The position numbers and the translations under genes were made by a program. Shown here piece by piece: positions 14,114 to 26,400 of a stretch of DNA of 64,000 nucleotides. The notes beneath the pieces are model-generated. The model had not been told where the DNA came from, did no database searches, and worked only from the letters and a program-made list of their open reading frames with translations. This DNA is from Octopus vulgaris (lineage: Eukaryota). Location: assembly GCA_951406725.2 (NCBI GenBank), contig OX597818.1, positions 117,428,001 through 117,492,000 of the forward strand, written 5' to 3'. Numbering within the stretch: the stretch's first letter is position 1; each line of letters opens with the position of its first letter.

Positions 14114-14164
14114 CACTACTACTACTATTACTACTACTACTACTACTACTACTAGTAGTAGTAG
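13950..14164. repeat. (CTA)n/(TAG)n microsatellites
   Basis: Direct inspection. Confidence 0.9.
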
Positions 14165-14810
14165 TGTTTTCAAAAACAAAAAAGTACTCACAGAAAACGC
14201 GGTCCTACAAACATGAAGCCCGACAAGAGATGTTCAACGTAAACTTCTCTGAATGACTTTGAATCGGGAGTAGTATTTCTCGCTAGCTTTATATAGAGAA
14301 TACCATTCCCATTCGTCTTACTACGACCATGTTACTACACGCGATAACAAACATATGATTACTAAAATTACCCAGGCCTGTAAAACACACACACACACAC
14401 ACACTCACACACACACACACAGACACAGGCACATTCACACACCCTCGCACACAGACATCCACTCGCACGCATTTAGACGCGCGCATATAGACATAATAAG
14501 CGCGCACACAATTATATAAACGCAGGCACATATATATATGTATATATATATGTATAGACGTATTCATGCTTAAGCAAACACTGGCGGAGATACGCAGACA
14601 GGCCGGTACGGACTGAAATACTTACATAATTACACTCGCACAGACACAGCCGCATACATATAGATACACATGTGTTTGTACATATATATATACATAATAA
14701 ATATATGTTGTTAATCCCATGTACCCCCCAACCTCTCTCTGTCTCGCTCTCTCTTTTAATGTATATGTATGTGTAGGTGTTTATATGTATAAGTATATGT
14801 ATATATAAAT

Positions 14811-14855
<45 letters not shown>

Positions 14856-14992
14856 AATACGCACACACACTCGCACTGATACATAGAAAGATAAATATAT
14901 AGATGGATAGATACATATTTACATAGATATACATATACATGCACACACGCGCACACATACATAGACATTGATATATAGATAAATATCGATAT

Positions 14993-15435
<443 letters not shown>

Positions 15436-16394
15436 TCCGACTATCCCCAAATAACAAGAGTTTACAAATGTCCCACAAATCACAGTTCCGCCTACAATCT
15501 CCAGCACATAAACACGCAAGCCTCCTACGCACATTTATGTCGGCATAAATTGCATACATTAAGTCATGCACACACATATACACACAGATAGAAAAATAAA
15601 GAAAAAAAATTAAACCATTAAACGAACAGGTATCGAACAAATTGTTATTTTCAGAATAAAAAAGAAAAGAAAAAAATGTGATCAACCAGGAAGAAAAGCT
15701 ACAACACTGCACAGCATTAAAAGAACAGGGGAGATTGACCTGCGTAAAACGAATTATTACAGTGCGAAAAGGAAATACGAACTCTGCAGTGTCTAAAGAC
15801 GTTAACAAGTTTTATAATAACGAGTGCTGTATGAATGCCGCGAACTCTTTAAAGTTTTCTCTCGTGTCCTGTGTTAAGGAATTGACAAAGTGTGCTGCGG
15901 TATTTAGTTATGGTTCCTTTTAATGTTCTGAATTTAATCCCTCTAGGGCTGATTTAAAAAAAAAAAAAACTTTTACCTTTAATCTTTTCGAAATCGATAA
16001 ATCAATACCGTTGGAAAAATGAGATCGATAAAAATAAATGTTCTCCCCATTACGCCAACTTTGTGGTCTTCGAGGAAGCTACTCAGTCTTCATCGATTTT
16101 ACTTTACCAAAATTAACAATGAAACAATGAAGTATTCCACAAATGACACGGACGGCTAGACTTCGTTGTGTTTCTTGTAATTTGTTATGGGAGACATTTA
16201 AAAGTGTAGTCCTCGAGTCACTCTTCCTGAGGGTTACATTGTAGCAGATATTAGCATAGTACTGCAACAATAGTACCGACCTAAGACTAATCTACAACAA
16301 CATTGACATTTCTATGACTTTGTGCCAATGTTAAGAATCACCCAAGACGATAGGTAAAACGGAACGTTAGAAGGTCGGACAAAATAACCAATGG

Positions 16395-16706
16395 CAGGTA
16401 TATCAAGCTGCAGAGTCCCTAGGGGCCACATTACTCATATATATATTGCTATTCTGAGCCCATATCTAAACACACACATACAACAAAGATTTCCGTTATA
16501 TCCATCCTTTATTATCAAGTAAAGATCTTTTAAAACCTTTCATTTATTCATCAATAATTCTGTTTATACTGAAATATCATTAATTATTTGTTATTAAATC
16601 CTTTTTGGATTCCCCATTTTCAACCCTCTAGCTACGTCGTTCGCGGGCCTCACAAGCTTTTGAAACGATCCACGTTTAGCTCGCAGGTCGCAGATTTGAC
16701 ATGCTT
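16395..16706. mobile_element. Possible old hAT-type MITE
   Basis: caggtatatcaagctgc...ggggccaca at the left and gcaggtcgcagatttgacatgct at the right resemble decayed hAT MITE termini. Confidence 0.35.
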
Positions 16707-16879
16707 TCATTATGGTATCTATCCCGGCTAATTTTTGCTGTCAAACTGAATTTGTTGGTAATTTTCCGAAGATCAATATAATAAAGTAACCAAAAACTCC
16801 TGGAGCTGATTTAATCGATTGTTCCCTCGCAAAAAAAATTTTGGTCTTCTGCTCATATTCGGATCTATTACTCGTATTA

Positions 16880-17104
16880 TCTTAATTGCCCACAAGGGGG
16901 TATTGAGGGGACAAACAAAGACATACAAAGGGTTTAAGTCGACTGCATCGACCTCAGTGCGTAACTGGTACTTTTTTAATCGACCCCGAAAGGATGAAAG
17001 GCAAAGTCGACCTCGGCGAAATTTGAACTCAGAACGTAGCGGCAGACGAAATACTACTAAGCATTTCGCCCGGCGTGCTAACGTTTCTGCCAGCTAGCCG
17101 CCCT
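16880..17104 (-). mobile_element. SINE family A with 16-bp TSD
   Basis: Full reverse copy. tctattactcgtatta is duplicated at 16864-16879 and 17106-17121. Confidence 0.9.
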
Positions 17105-17154
17105 GTCTATTACTCGTATTACTAAAAAAAAAAAATTAAAAAAAGAGAAGAATT

Positions 17155-17360
17155 GGGAGCTAGCAAAATTGTTAGGACACCGGGCAAAATGTTCAGTGGC
17201 ATTTCGTCCGTATTTACATTCTGAGTTCAAATTTCGCCGAAGTCGACTTTACCTTCCCGAGTCGATAAAATAAGTACCAGTGGGACACTGGTGTCGATGT
17301 AATCGACTTAGCCTCTCCCCCTAAATTGCCGGCCGTGAGCCGAAATTGGAAACCATTATT
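17155..17360 (+). mobile_element. SINE family A, alternative tail
   Basis: gagctagcaaaattgttagg...ttctgagttcaaatttcgccg...aagtaccagtgggacactggtgtcgat. Confidence 0.85.
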
Positions 17361-18134
17361 ATAGAAATCAAGGTGCATGGCTTCGTCTTTAGGTTTTTTT
17401 CGGCTCATAATGATATGGCCGAGGGTTCAATTTCTAGATATGGTAGCTCGCTGTTTTCTAAACTAAGACAATTCATTTCCTGCTGCAAATGAGTGCCAGT
17501 CGCCTGTTGATGCACCCCTTCCCCTAACACCGTCCCCTCCTTCCCCCTAACACCGCCCCTCACTCCCTTCAGCCGTTATCTTCTGAATGCGTCGTTCGAT
17601 CAAAGTTATGCAGACGGAGAGGTTACCCATATCTGCCCGCGGCTGCGGACGGATCTAAAATATCTAGCGAAATCCTGGCTCACGTTAACAAAGCCATATT
17701 CATTCAATGTGACGGTTTATCACAGAATTGAAAGACCACAAAATATCTCCTCCATACGGTAGTTTAATACGTATGTTTATATTCTGAGTTCGCACCTCTG
17801 CCTAGTTGGGCTTAAATTTTATCTTTTCAGGGTCAACATCCTAGATTTCTTTTTTTAAATTTCAAATACTACATGTGAAAAGTGAGTGAATCTATTTTGT
17901 TTATCTGAGCTTGACTAACCACAACAAATATCATAAAAGCTTTTTTGCCGAGCTCTTACGATTCTGCCAAATTATCATTGGCCGAGGGCCATATATTTTT
18001 CAGTAGCATCGTATCGGAAACAATATTTTGTTTTATATTACATTTGGTAAAAATCTAGGAATGCAAGGCAATATCGGTTTCAGTGCCTTTATGAATTCAC
18101 AAAGACGATCTACTGAATTTGTTACCCTCTCTCT

Positions 18135-18530
18135 CTTTTACTCTTTTACTTGTTTCAGTCATTTGACTGTGGCCATGCTGGAGAACCGCCCTTAGTCGAG
18201 CAAATTTACCCCAGGACTTATTCTTTGTAAGCCTAGTACTTATTCTGTCGGTCTCTTTTGTTGAACCTTTAAGTTACGGGCACGTAAACATACAAGCATC
18301 GGTTGTCAAGCGATGTTGGGGGGGGGGGACAAACACAGACACACAAACATATATATACACACACATACGACGGGCTTCTTTCAGTTTCTCTCTACCAAAT
18401 CCACTCACAAGGCTTTGGTTGGCCCAAGGCTATATTAGAAGACACTTGCTCAAGGTACCACGCAGTGGGACTGAACCCGGAACCATGTGGTTGGTAAGCA
18501 AACTACTTACCACACAGCCACTCCTACGCC
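18135..18530 (-). mobile_element. SINE family B, full length
   Basis: Reverse-complement match to 12674-13070. Confidence 0.9.
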
Positions 18531-18799
18531 TTTATTTATATTGTGTCAAACTCAATTATTTCAGACTGTATCATAGGGCCACACATTTTATAGCAATGTT
18601 CACTAACATAAAATACTACAGTTCTCTATTTTATAAATGCAGTGAAATTACGGTTCTTCTGAAGTAAAGAAAACGTTCGAGATATCGACATAATAAACAC
18701 AAGATCCTGAAAAATCTGCTAAGATTAAGATAGATATGAAATAGACCCAGGTTTGACGTAAAGCGACTGCCTCATTTCAAATATTTTTTATTAATTTTA

Positions 18800-19050
18800 G
18801 TTAAGCATTATCAGTATGCAGCACGCATGATCGAAAGATTATGTTTTCGGTTCCCGGATCGGACGATGCATGTTGAACTCTTGAACAAAGAATTTCATAT
18901 CATATTGCTCCAGTGAGGATGCAGCTCCAGTTTATTCAGCTGGCAAAAGGAAGGAATCATGCGACGGACCGGCGACCTGTTTACGGTGAATATATATACC
19001 ACAGTATCCGGGAAACTGGTCTTATTATCTTATGGCTTCAAAGGGACCTC
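18800..19050 (+). mobile_element. SINE family C, diverged
   Basis: Similar to 24283-24510 (catgatcg, ttgaacaaa, cagctggcaaaa, gcgacggaccggc, ccgggaaactgg). Confidence 0.65.
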
Positions 19051-19258
19051 TAGCCCTTTCTTTGCTTAATTTTCTAGCGGATTCGAAACCGAATCACTGG
19101 ATAGCCGACTTGCCATGACGACCAAACCAACCACTGTAGTTTCATGCGATAGGTCGATTAACCGATCAATCAGCATCAAGCCATCGCGTAATTCGACTTT
19201 ATAGAACTTTCTCGTGCAGTCCTATATAAAGGTGGATTTTGGCGGTAACCTCAGAATG

Positions 19259-19307
<49 letters not shown>

Positions 19308-19424
19308 CGTGTGTGTGTAGACGTGTATAAGTAAACTTACATAAACACACTGGCAGATACAAGCGCATAGTGTGTTTCCATTCACATCTCATCACTGATT
19401 TTGTCGCTATTAATATAGCGCTGT

Positions 19425-19630
19425 TATTTGGCAGAAACGTTGGTATGCTGTGCAAAATGTTTAGTAGCATTTCATCTGTCTTTACGTTCTAAGTTCCAAT
19501 CCCACCTAGGTCGACTTTACCCTCCATCTTTCTGGGTTCGCTAAAATAAGTACCAGTTACGCACTGGGGTCGATGTAATTGACTATCTCCTACCCAAATC
19601 TCATACCTTGTGCCAATAGTAGAAAGTATT
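19425..19630 (+). mobile_element. SINE family A
   Basis: ggcagaaacgttgg...gtcgactttaccctccatc...aagtaccagttacgcactggggtcgatgtaat. Confidence 0.85.
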
Positions 19631-20851
19631 GTATTGCAGTTGTGATGGGCCAACCACAGATTGTCGATGTTAATTTTTGTCAGAAGATCAACACAGAAAT
19701 CAGTATGTATAGTAGATAAGGCTTTTGTTAATTGTTCATGAGTGTCTTTAATTACATCTACGCACAGCCCTAGCAAATCATTTTCATTCACCAGTAGCTA
19801 CCGTGACTACCACAACGGCAACAACACCCACGACAGTTTCATTATTCAATATTTGAACGATTGGTTATTTTTATACTCGCAAGGTAGGTACTCGTCAACC
19901 CACGACTGATACGTTGCGCTGTAAAGAAATGAACCCGGAATTTAAAACATGCGAAGTGAGTCACATAAGCCCAAAACAATGCCTGCACCTACTGAGAATG
20001 TAATCATTAGAGTAAAAAATAAAGAAGAGAAAGACGAGATAGTCATGCCTGGAATAACTTTGATAGTATGTCTGACGTATATGCGTTGACCAGGGGCTAG
20101 GAAGCGAGAACAGTTGCTACCACACCTAAAACAGCGATACGTACATTAGCCAAAATAACCATGTTTGGTTGTGGGACTTTTGTTGTTGATTAGTCCCAAG
20201 CTAGTCATGATCAACCAGATCTGTAATGAAGACGCTACATTCGTGGCCACCCAATCCTTTAATTTTCATTTAAAAGCATTGAGCACATTATTCTCCAACG
20301 TTCATTTTCTTTATTAAGCTATAACAGAATGTAGTCATATTAAGATGTGAAGGTCTGTTCAGTCAGAGTTGTCCTAGTGTTAAATAGCCACAGGAATTGA
20401 AAGAATGCAATGGCCAGAGAAACATTGGCAAGAACAACAATCAGAAATATAGATATTACCATAAAAAACCCGCGTCAGAACAAACAACATCGTGAACATT
20501 CCACATTCCCATAAAAAACGGTGACTGCTGCAAACGTCAGCTACATTACGGTATCTCTACACCTATAAAACTCTAAGACTTAGATTGAAAAAAAAAACAG
20601 TAACAAAGATGATGGTGACAAAGGTGATGGTGAATTGCTCATCGGACAATCCCAGTTACAATGTGTCACATGTGTCAGAGAAGGACATCCGTATGATCAA
20701 GAACACTACGCACACTTCGATGAAACATTAAGCAATGTTATACAATGAATACCCGCCTTTCTTGAAATATAATACTGTGTCCAAAATGACCAGTTCTATG
20801 CATGTTAACTGTTCCTATTTTAAGTTTGTATTCCTGTCTATCTCTCTGTTG

Positions 20852-20852
<1 letters not shown>

Positions 20853-20884
<32 letters not shown>

Positions 20885-21129
20885 CATACATACTTACATA
20901 CATACATACATACATACATACATGCAAACATGCATACATGCATACATACATACATACATACATACATACATACATACATGCAAACATGCATACATGCATA
21001 CATACATACATACATACATACATACATACATACATACTTACATATTTACGCAAATGCACACGCAGAAACAGATTAATGAGATTAAATGTCTATCTAGCGA
21101 TTCGAATTCACACCGCTATGCATGTGTAC

Positions 21130-21211
<82 letters not shown>

Positions 21212-21212
21212 G

Positions 21213-21273
<61 letters not shown>

Positions 21274-21395
21274 GTATATATATATATGTGTATATATATA
21301 TACATATATATATATATGTATATATATGCGTGTGAGTGTGTGTATGTGTGTGTGCGTGCGTGTGTGTATATATATATATACGTATAGATAGATAG
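20853..21395. repeat. (TACA)n, (TA)n and (TG)n microsatellite block
   Basis: Direct inspection. Confidence 0.95.
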
Positions 21396-21405
21396 GGAGA
21401 GAGTG

Positions 21406-21775
21406 AGAGGTGCAATACTCCAGTGGTTAGGGCAGCGGACTCGCGGTCGTAGGATCTCGTGTCCTACGCCCAATGTTTATTGAGCGAAAACACCAAAAGC
21501 TTCACAAGGCCCTGGCAGGTGGGAGGAAGGAGCAAACCCTGCTGTACTCTTTCACCACAAATTTCTCTCACCTGTTTCTGTTGAACCTATATTTCAAAGA
21601 GCCAGCCATTTCACACTCTGCGTCACGCCGAATCTCCCCGAGAACTGCGTTAAGGGTACACGTGTCTGTGGAGTGCTCAGCCACTTGCACGTTAATTTCA
21701 CGAGCAGGCTGTTCCGTTGATAGGGTCACCTGCAATCCTCGTCGTCGTAAACGACGCAGTCCCACGATTTATACA
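21406..21775 (+). mobile_element. SINE family C (tRNA-Arg-like head), long variant
   Basis: Head cagtggttagggcagcggactcgcggtcg is shared with 41780. The 3' part is shared with a decayed copy at about 39270-39405. Confidence 0.75.
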
Positions 21776-21847
21776 TGTATATGCATACATGCATGCGTAC
21801 ATACATACATACATACATACATACATACATACATACATACACACATG

Positions 21848-22459
21848 AAGACTGCAAAATAAATGATAATCAGATGGGGTAATGTCCAGCGAATATGGTG
21901 AGTGGGACATCATTTCCCATTCAAATTGTTCCAGCCTTTGGAATGTCATCCTTGCTGTATGTGGCCGAGCATTATCCTGATGGAAGAACACCTTTCATCT
22001 TGAAACCAAAGATGGTTGTTTTTCATCTAGCGCTGACTTGAGTGACTGGTTGAATGACCAAACCCAAATTTCTCTGTTAGTTCCTCAACAGTTATGATGG
22101 GATTTTGTTCCACGAGGGTTTTCATGATATCCTCGTAGTTTATGGCTCAAATTTTCTAGAGCCACCGCTGACACTGGCTTATACTTATTGTTCTATCTCC
22201 ATATACTGCATTAATATTCCTTCATTGAACTCATAAAGCAAAATATGCCGAATATACTCCTTTGTCACTTCCATTATAGCGTTGAAAAAATAACTGTTAA
22301 AATCGAACTGTTCTCTTAAAAACTTGCACTAAGAATAAATACAAAGTAAAATTACTACCTGCTTTTATAGCAAGTTGATGCAGGTAGTCTATCTGGTACC
22401 CCTCCGACATTAATTCACGCAATTGAAAAAAAAACAGCATTATTTATGGGATAACCCAA
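21848..22459 (-). mobile_element. Internally deleted mariner element (transposase pseudogene)
   Basis: 5' TIR ttgggttatcccataaataatgc preceded by TA. ATG at 22274 gives MEVTKEYIRHILLYEFNEG, then NINAVYGDRTIS..CQRW, then FFHQDNARPHTA...HSPYSLDITPSDYHLF (mariner D,D34D motifs). Stops and frameshifts are present. Confidence 0.92.
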
Positions 22460-22540
<81 letters not shown>

Positions 22541-22546
22541 CTGTTT

Positions 22547-22630
<84 letters not shown>

Positions 22631-23177
22631 ATAAAAAATCAGTATATGTTTAAAGAATACGGAAGAATGGAGAGAGAAAATGAGAGACAGAAAGAGAAGA
22701 TGGACCTGCGCGTGTCTGTATATGTATGAGTGTTTTAGTGTGTGCGTGTGTGTGCAGGTATGTGTATGAGTGAGCGTAAAAAGTGAGGTGTGTTGTGTTG
22801 TGTATGTGTGTGTGTGTTTGTGTGTGTGTGCGTGTGCATATGGAAAGAAAGAGACTTTGGATAAAGACAGCAGATGTGTACGAAATATGTGAGAATCCGA
22901 AACAGAGTAGACTGAGGGAGTGTGAAAAAGAGAGCGAGAAAGAGAGACAGTAGAGACAAAGTGAGAGACAGAGAGACGAAGAGAGAGAGAGCGAGGGAGA
23001 AAGAGGCAGACAGACTGAGTGGAAGAGAAAGAGATAGAGAATAAAAGTAAGATGGTAAGGAATGAGTATAGGTGGGAGGTGGTCCGAAATGCAGAAAATT
23101 CGCAGACATACCGACAGGCAGTCATAGAGATATATAGAGAGAAAGCCAAGTAGATGGCAATTAGAACCAGCGCTTTG

Positions 23178-23214
<37 letters not shown>

Positions 23215-23558
23215 TATGTACTATGTTATATATTTACATGTCTATATGGATATATAATTATAGGTATGTAAATAGGATTCTGTATATACGTACATACACA
23301 AATACATGCATACACACACAAGCACAAACATACACACATATATATGCATATATATATATATACATACATATATATATATATATAGAGAGAGAAAAAGAGT
23401 GGGGTAGATAGATAGATAGATAGATAGATAGATTAGTAAATAGCCAAGCAATGACACACACACGCTCACATATAAATGTGTGTATATTTGGTGTATATAA
23501 ATATATATCTGTGTATGTGTTGTTTGCATTTATTTATATGACTGGAAGTGTGTAAATG

Positions 23559-23600
<42 letters not shown>

Positions 23601-23617
23601 GTATATATACATATTGA

Positions 23618-23655
<38 letters not shown>

Positions 23656-23697
23656 CACCATACACACACAAACACACATATATGTATGTATATAAAC
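22460..23697. repeat. Mixed (TCTA)n, (TA)n, (TG)n and (GA)n low-complexity block
   Basis: Direct inspection. Confidence 0.85.
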
Positions 23698-24130
23698 ATC
23701 CACGATGTTTCTTTAGTTTTCTGAATCTTTATCGAGAAGAAAGTTAGAGATATATAACTCGCAGCCTAGTTGCGGGGGCGTCAGCCTCGACATCAGTACA
23801 AATGTTGGGGGTAGGGTGTGAGGGATAACAATGCTAGCAAGCTCTACGGCATCGTCTACAAAAAAAAAAAAACACACATTATTAGAGCATAGAGTGGCTG
23901 CAGCAACGTCAACCATTGGAGGAGAAAAAAATCAATAACACCAAATTCATCGTGTAGTACGACTATAGCAACCTGTAGCTGACCAAACCAACAACACCGA
24001 TAGGCAGGAAATTGCAGAGAAGTCACCCTCGTGGTATAGCCTTCGGTTATGAACCCCCACCCACCCAAAGTCACTTTTTTGGGTGGGAGGGACAATATCA
24101 GTTCAGGATAGACCGAAACATAGCTTAAAC

Positions 24131-24637
24131 CAGAGGTTCTCAACCATTTTTCTTACTTATACACCCGTTTGATTATTATCTTTTTCTGGTGGAAGCCCAC
24201 CCTATAACTATTTAATGTCTAAAAACTAACTTCATAGATGCTTCTTTTAAATTTCTATTTTGTTTTTCACACATTAACTTGTGGAGATGCGTGGCTCAGT
24301 GGTTAGGGTGCCAGCATCATGATCGTAAAATTGTGGTTTCGATTCCTGGACCGGGCGAAGCGTTGTGTTCTTGAACAAAACACTTCATTTCACGTTGCTA
24401 CAGTCCACTCAGCTGGCAAAAATGAGTAACGCTGCGATGGACTGGGGAACACATACGCCATAGAAACCGGGAAACCGGTCCCATGAGCCTGGATAGGCTT
24501 TAAAAAGGGTGTATTTATATATATATATTTTAGGCTGAAGAACGTAAAATGTTAAAGATAGAAGCCTTGGTTTTTTGATCCCCCCAAATTTTACGTGGAT
24601 CCTCAGGGGCCACACGGGCCCCAGTTGAAAACCAGTG
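24131..24637. mobile_element. hAT (Charlie-like) MITE with a nested SINE
   Basis: TIRs cagaggttctcaac / gttgaaaaccagtg. 8-bp TSD gcttaaac / actgaaac. An empty-site paralogue lies at 24878-24935. Confidence 0.8.
24283..24510 (+). mobile_element. SINE family C (tRNA-derived) inserted in the hAT MITE
   Basis: A-box tggctcagtggttagg, B-box gtttcgattcc. The tail gaaaccgggaaaccgg..catgagcc is shared with 41780-42083. Confidence 0.85.
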
Positions 24638-24649
24638 ACTGAAACAGTG

Positions 24650-25468
24650 GTTTCAAACTTTGGCATAGGGCTAGCAGTTATTAAGGGAAGGGGAATTTGG
24701 TTCCATCACCGCCAGTGCTAAACTGGTACTTATTTTGTGAACTCTGAAAGGATTTAAAGCAAAGTCGACATCAGGCGGAAGTTGAACTCAGAACGAGAAA
24801 ATGGACGAAATGCCGTAGACTTCCATTAAGTAAATGAAAAAGAAAAAAATGTGGGGTCTGCTTGAGAGGAGTTAGTGCAGGATAGACCGAAATAAAGCTT
24901 AAATGCTGGTCTTAAACTTTTTGACAGGGCCAGCGGTTTTTGAGAGGAGAGGGAATTCGATTTTACCTACCAGAGTTCTTGACCCCGAAAGGATGAAAAG
25001 CAAAGTCGATATCGGCGGAATTTGAACTCAGGGCGTAAAGACAGACGAGATACCTATTTCTTTACTACCCACAAGGGGCTAAACACAGAAAGGACAAACA
25101 ACGACAGACAAACGGATTAAGTCGATTATATCGACCCCAGTACGCTACTGGTACTTTATTTATCGACCCCGAAAGGATGAAAGGCAAAGTCGACCACTGC
25201 GGAATTTGAACTAAGAACGTAAAGACAGACGAAATACCTATTTCTTTACTACCCACAAGGGGCTAAACACAGAGGAGACAAACAAGGACAGACATAGGTA
25301 TTAAGTCGATTACATCGACCCCAGTGCGTAACTTGTACTTAATTTATCGACCACGAAAGGATGAATGACAAAGTCGACCCCGGCGGAATTTGAACTCAGA
25401 ACGTAAAAGCAGACGAAATACCGCTTAGCATTTCGCCCGGCGTGCTTAACGTTTCTGCCAGCTCGCGG
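24650..25468 (-). mobile_element. Cluster of SINE family A copies including a 184-bp-period tandem multimer
   Basis: gacc(c/a)cgaaaggatgaa at 24981, 25165 and 25349. The single head is at the right end. Confidence 0.9.
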
Positions 25469-25954
25469 ACTTAAACACCTTAAAACATTTCTGCGATGAT
25501 GATGATGCATTCAGGAATAACTCGGGGTTAAACAAAAATGTCATGAATGACTGTAATTCCCAAAATATTTACAAACCAATAGCAATAACTCCTCGCAACA
25601 GGAACTCTGTCTTGTTTTTTTGTTTTTTTCTTCTTTAAACCAACCACAAACTAAATGCGCTAATCACAAAAATTTATTAGATAAGCTGGGGAAAAAAATA
25701 AAGAAAGGAAAAAGCTGAAAATTCCCACAAACTTCCGAAAACGACGCAAAAAAAACTAAACAAGAACCGTAAAAGAATATAAGAATATAAAGGAAAACAA
25801 ATTACAAAAGAATTATAATCCTAAATATTCTTCTTCCTCCCTCTCAGCATTCTTATCTTCTTTTCATTCCTCCATTGTTGCGTATAGTTTCTCCCGAACT
25901 CGTCTCTATGTAGGTGTGTGTGTGTGTGTTATGGCGTGTTTACATTACGATGTA

Positions 25955-26079
25955 GTCGGTGTTGGTGGTGATGGTGGTGGTGGTGGTGGTGGTGGTGATG
26001 GTGTTGGTGTTGGTGGTGATGGTGGTGGTGGTGGTGATGGTGGTGGTGGTGGTGGTGATAGTGTTGACGTTGTTGTTGG

Positions 26080-26110
<31 letters not shown>

Positions 26111-26400
26111 GATGTTGAAGTTGTCATTGCTGTTTCAGTTTAAATCCAGGTCATATCTGATAGAGCAGGCACACATGCACATACGAGTACACGCGCACGC
26201 ACACTCACACACACACACAAACAAACAAATACAAGCACGCAAACACAAACACACGCGCACACACAAACACACACACATACACGCACACACAGACACACGC
26301 GTGCACACACAAATACGCAAACACGAACACACACATGCACACACGCACACAAACATATACATATTCACACACACACACAAACACACACAAACGCATATGT
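25955..26400. repeat. (GGT)n/(GTT)n followed by degenerate (CA)n
   Basis: Direct inspection. Confidence 0.9.
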
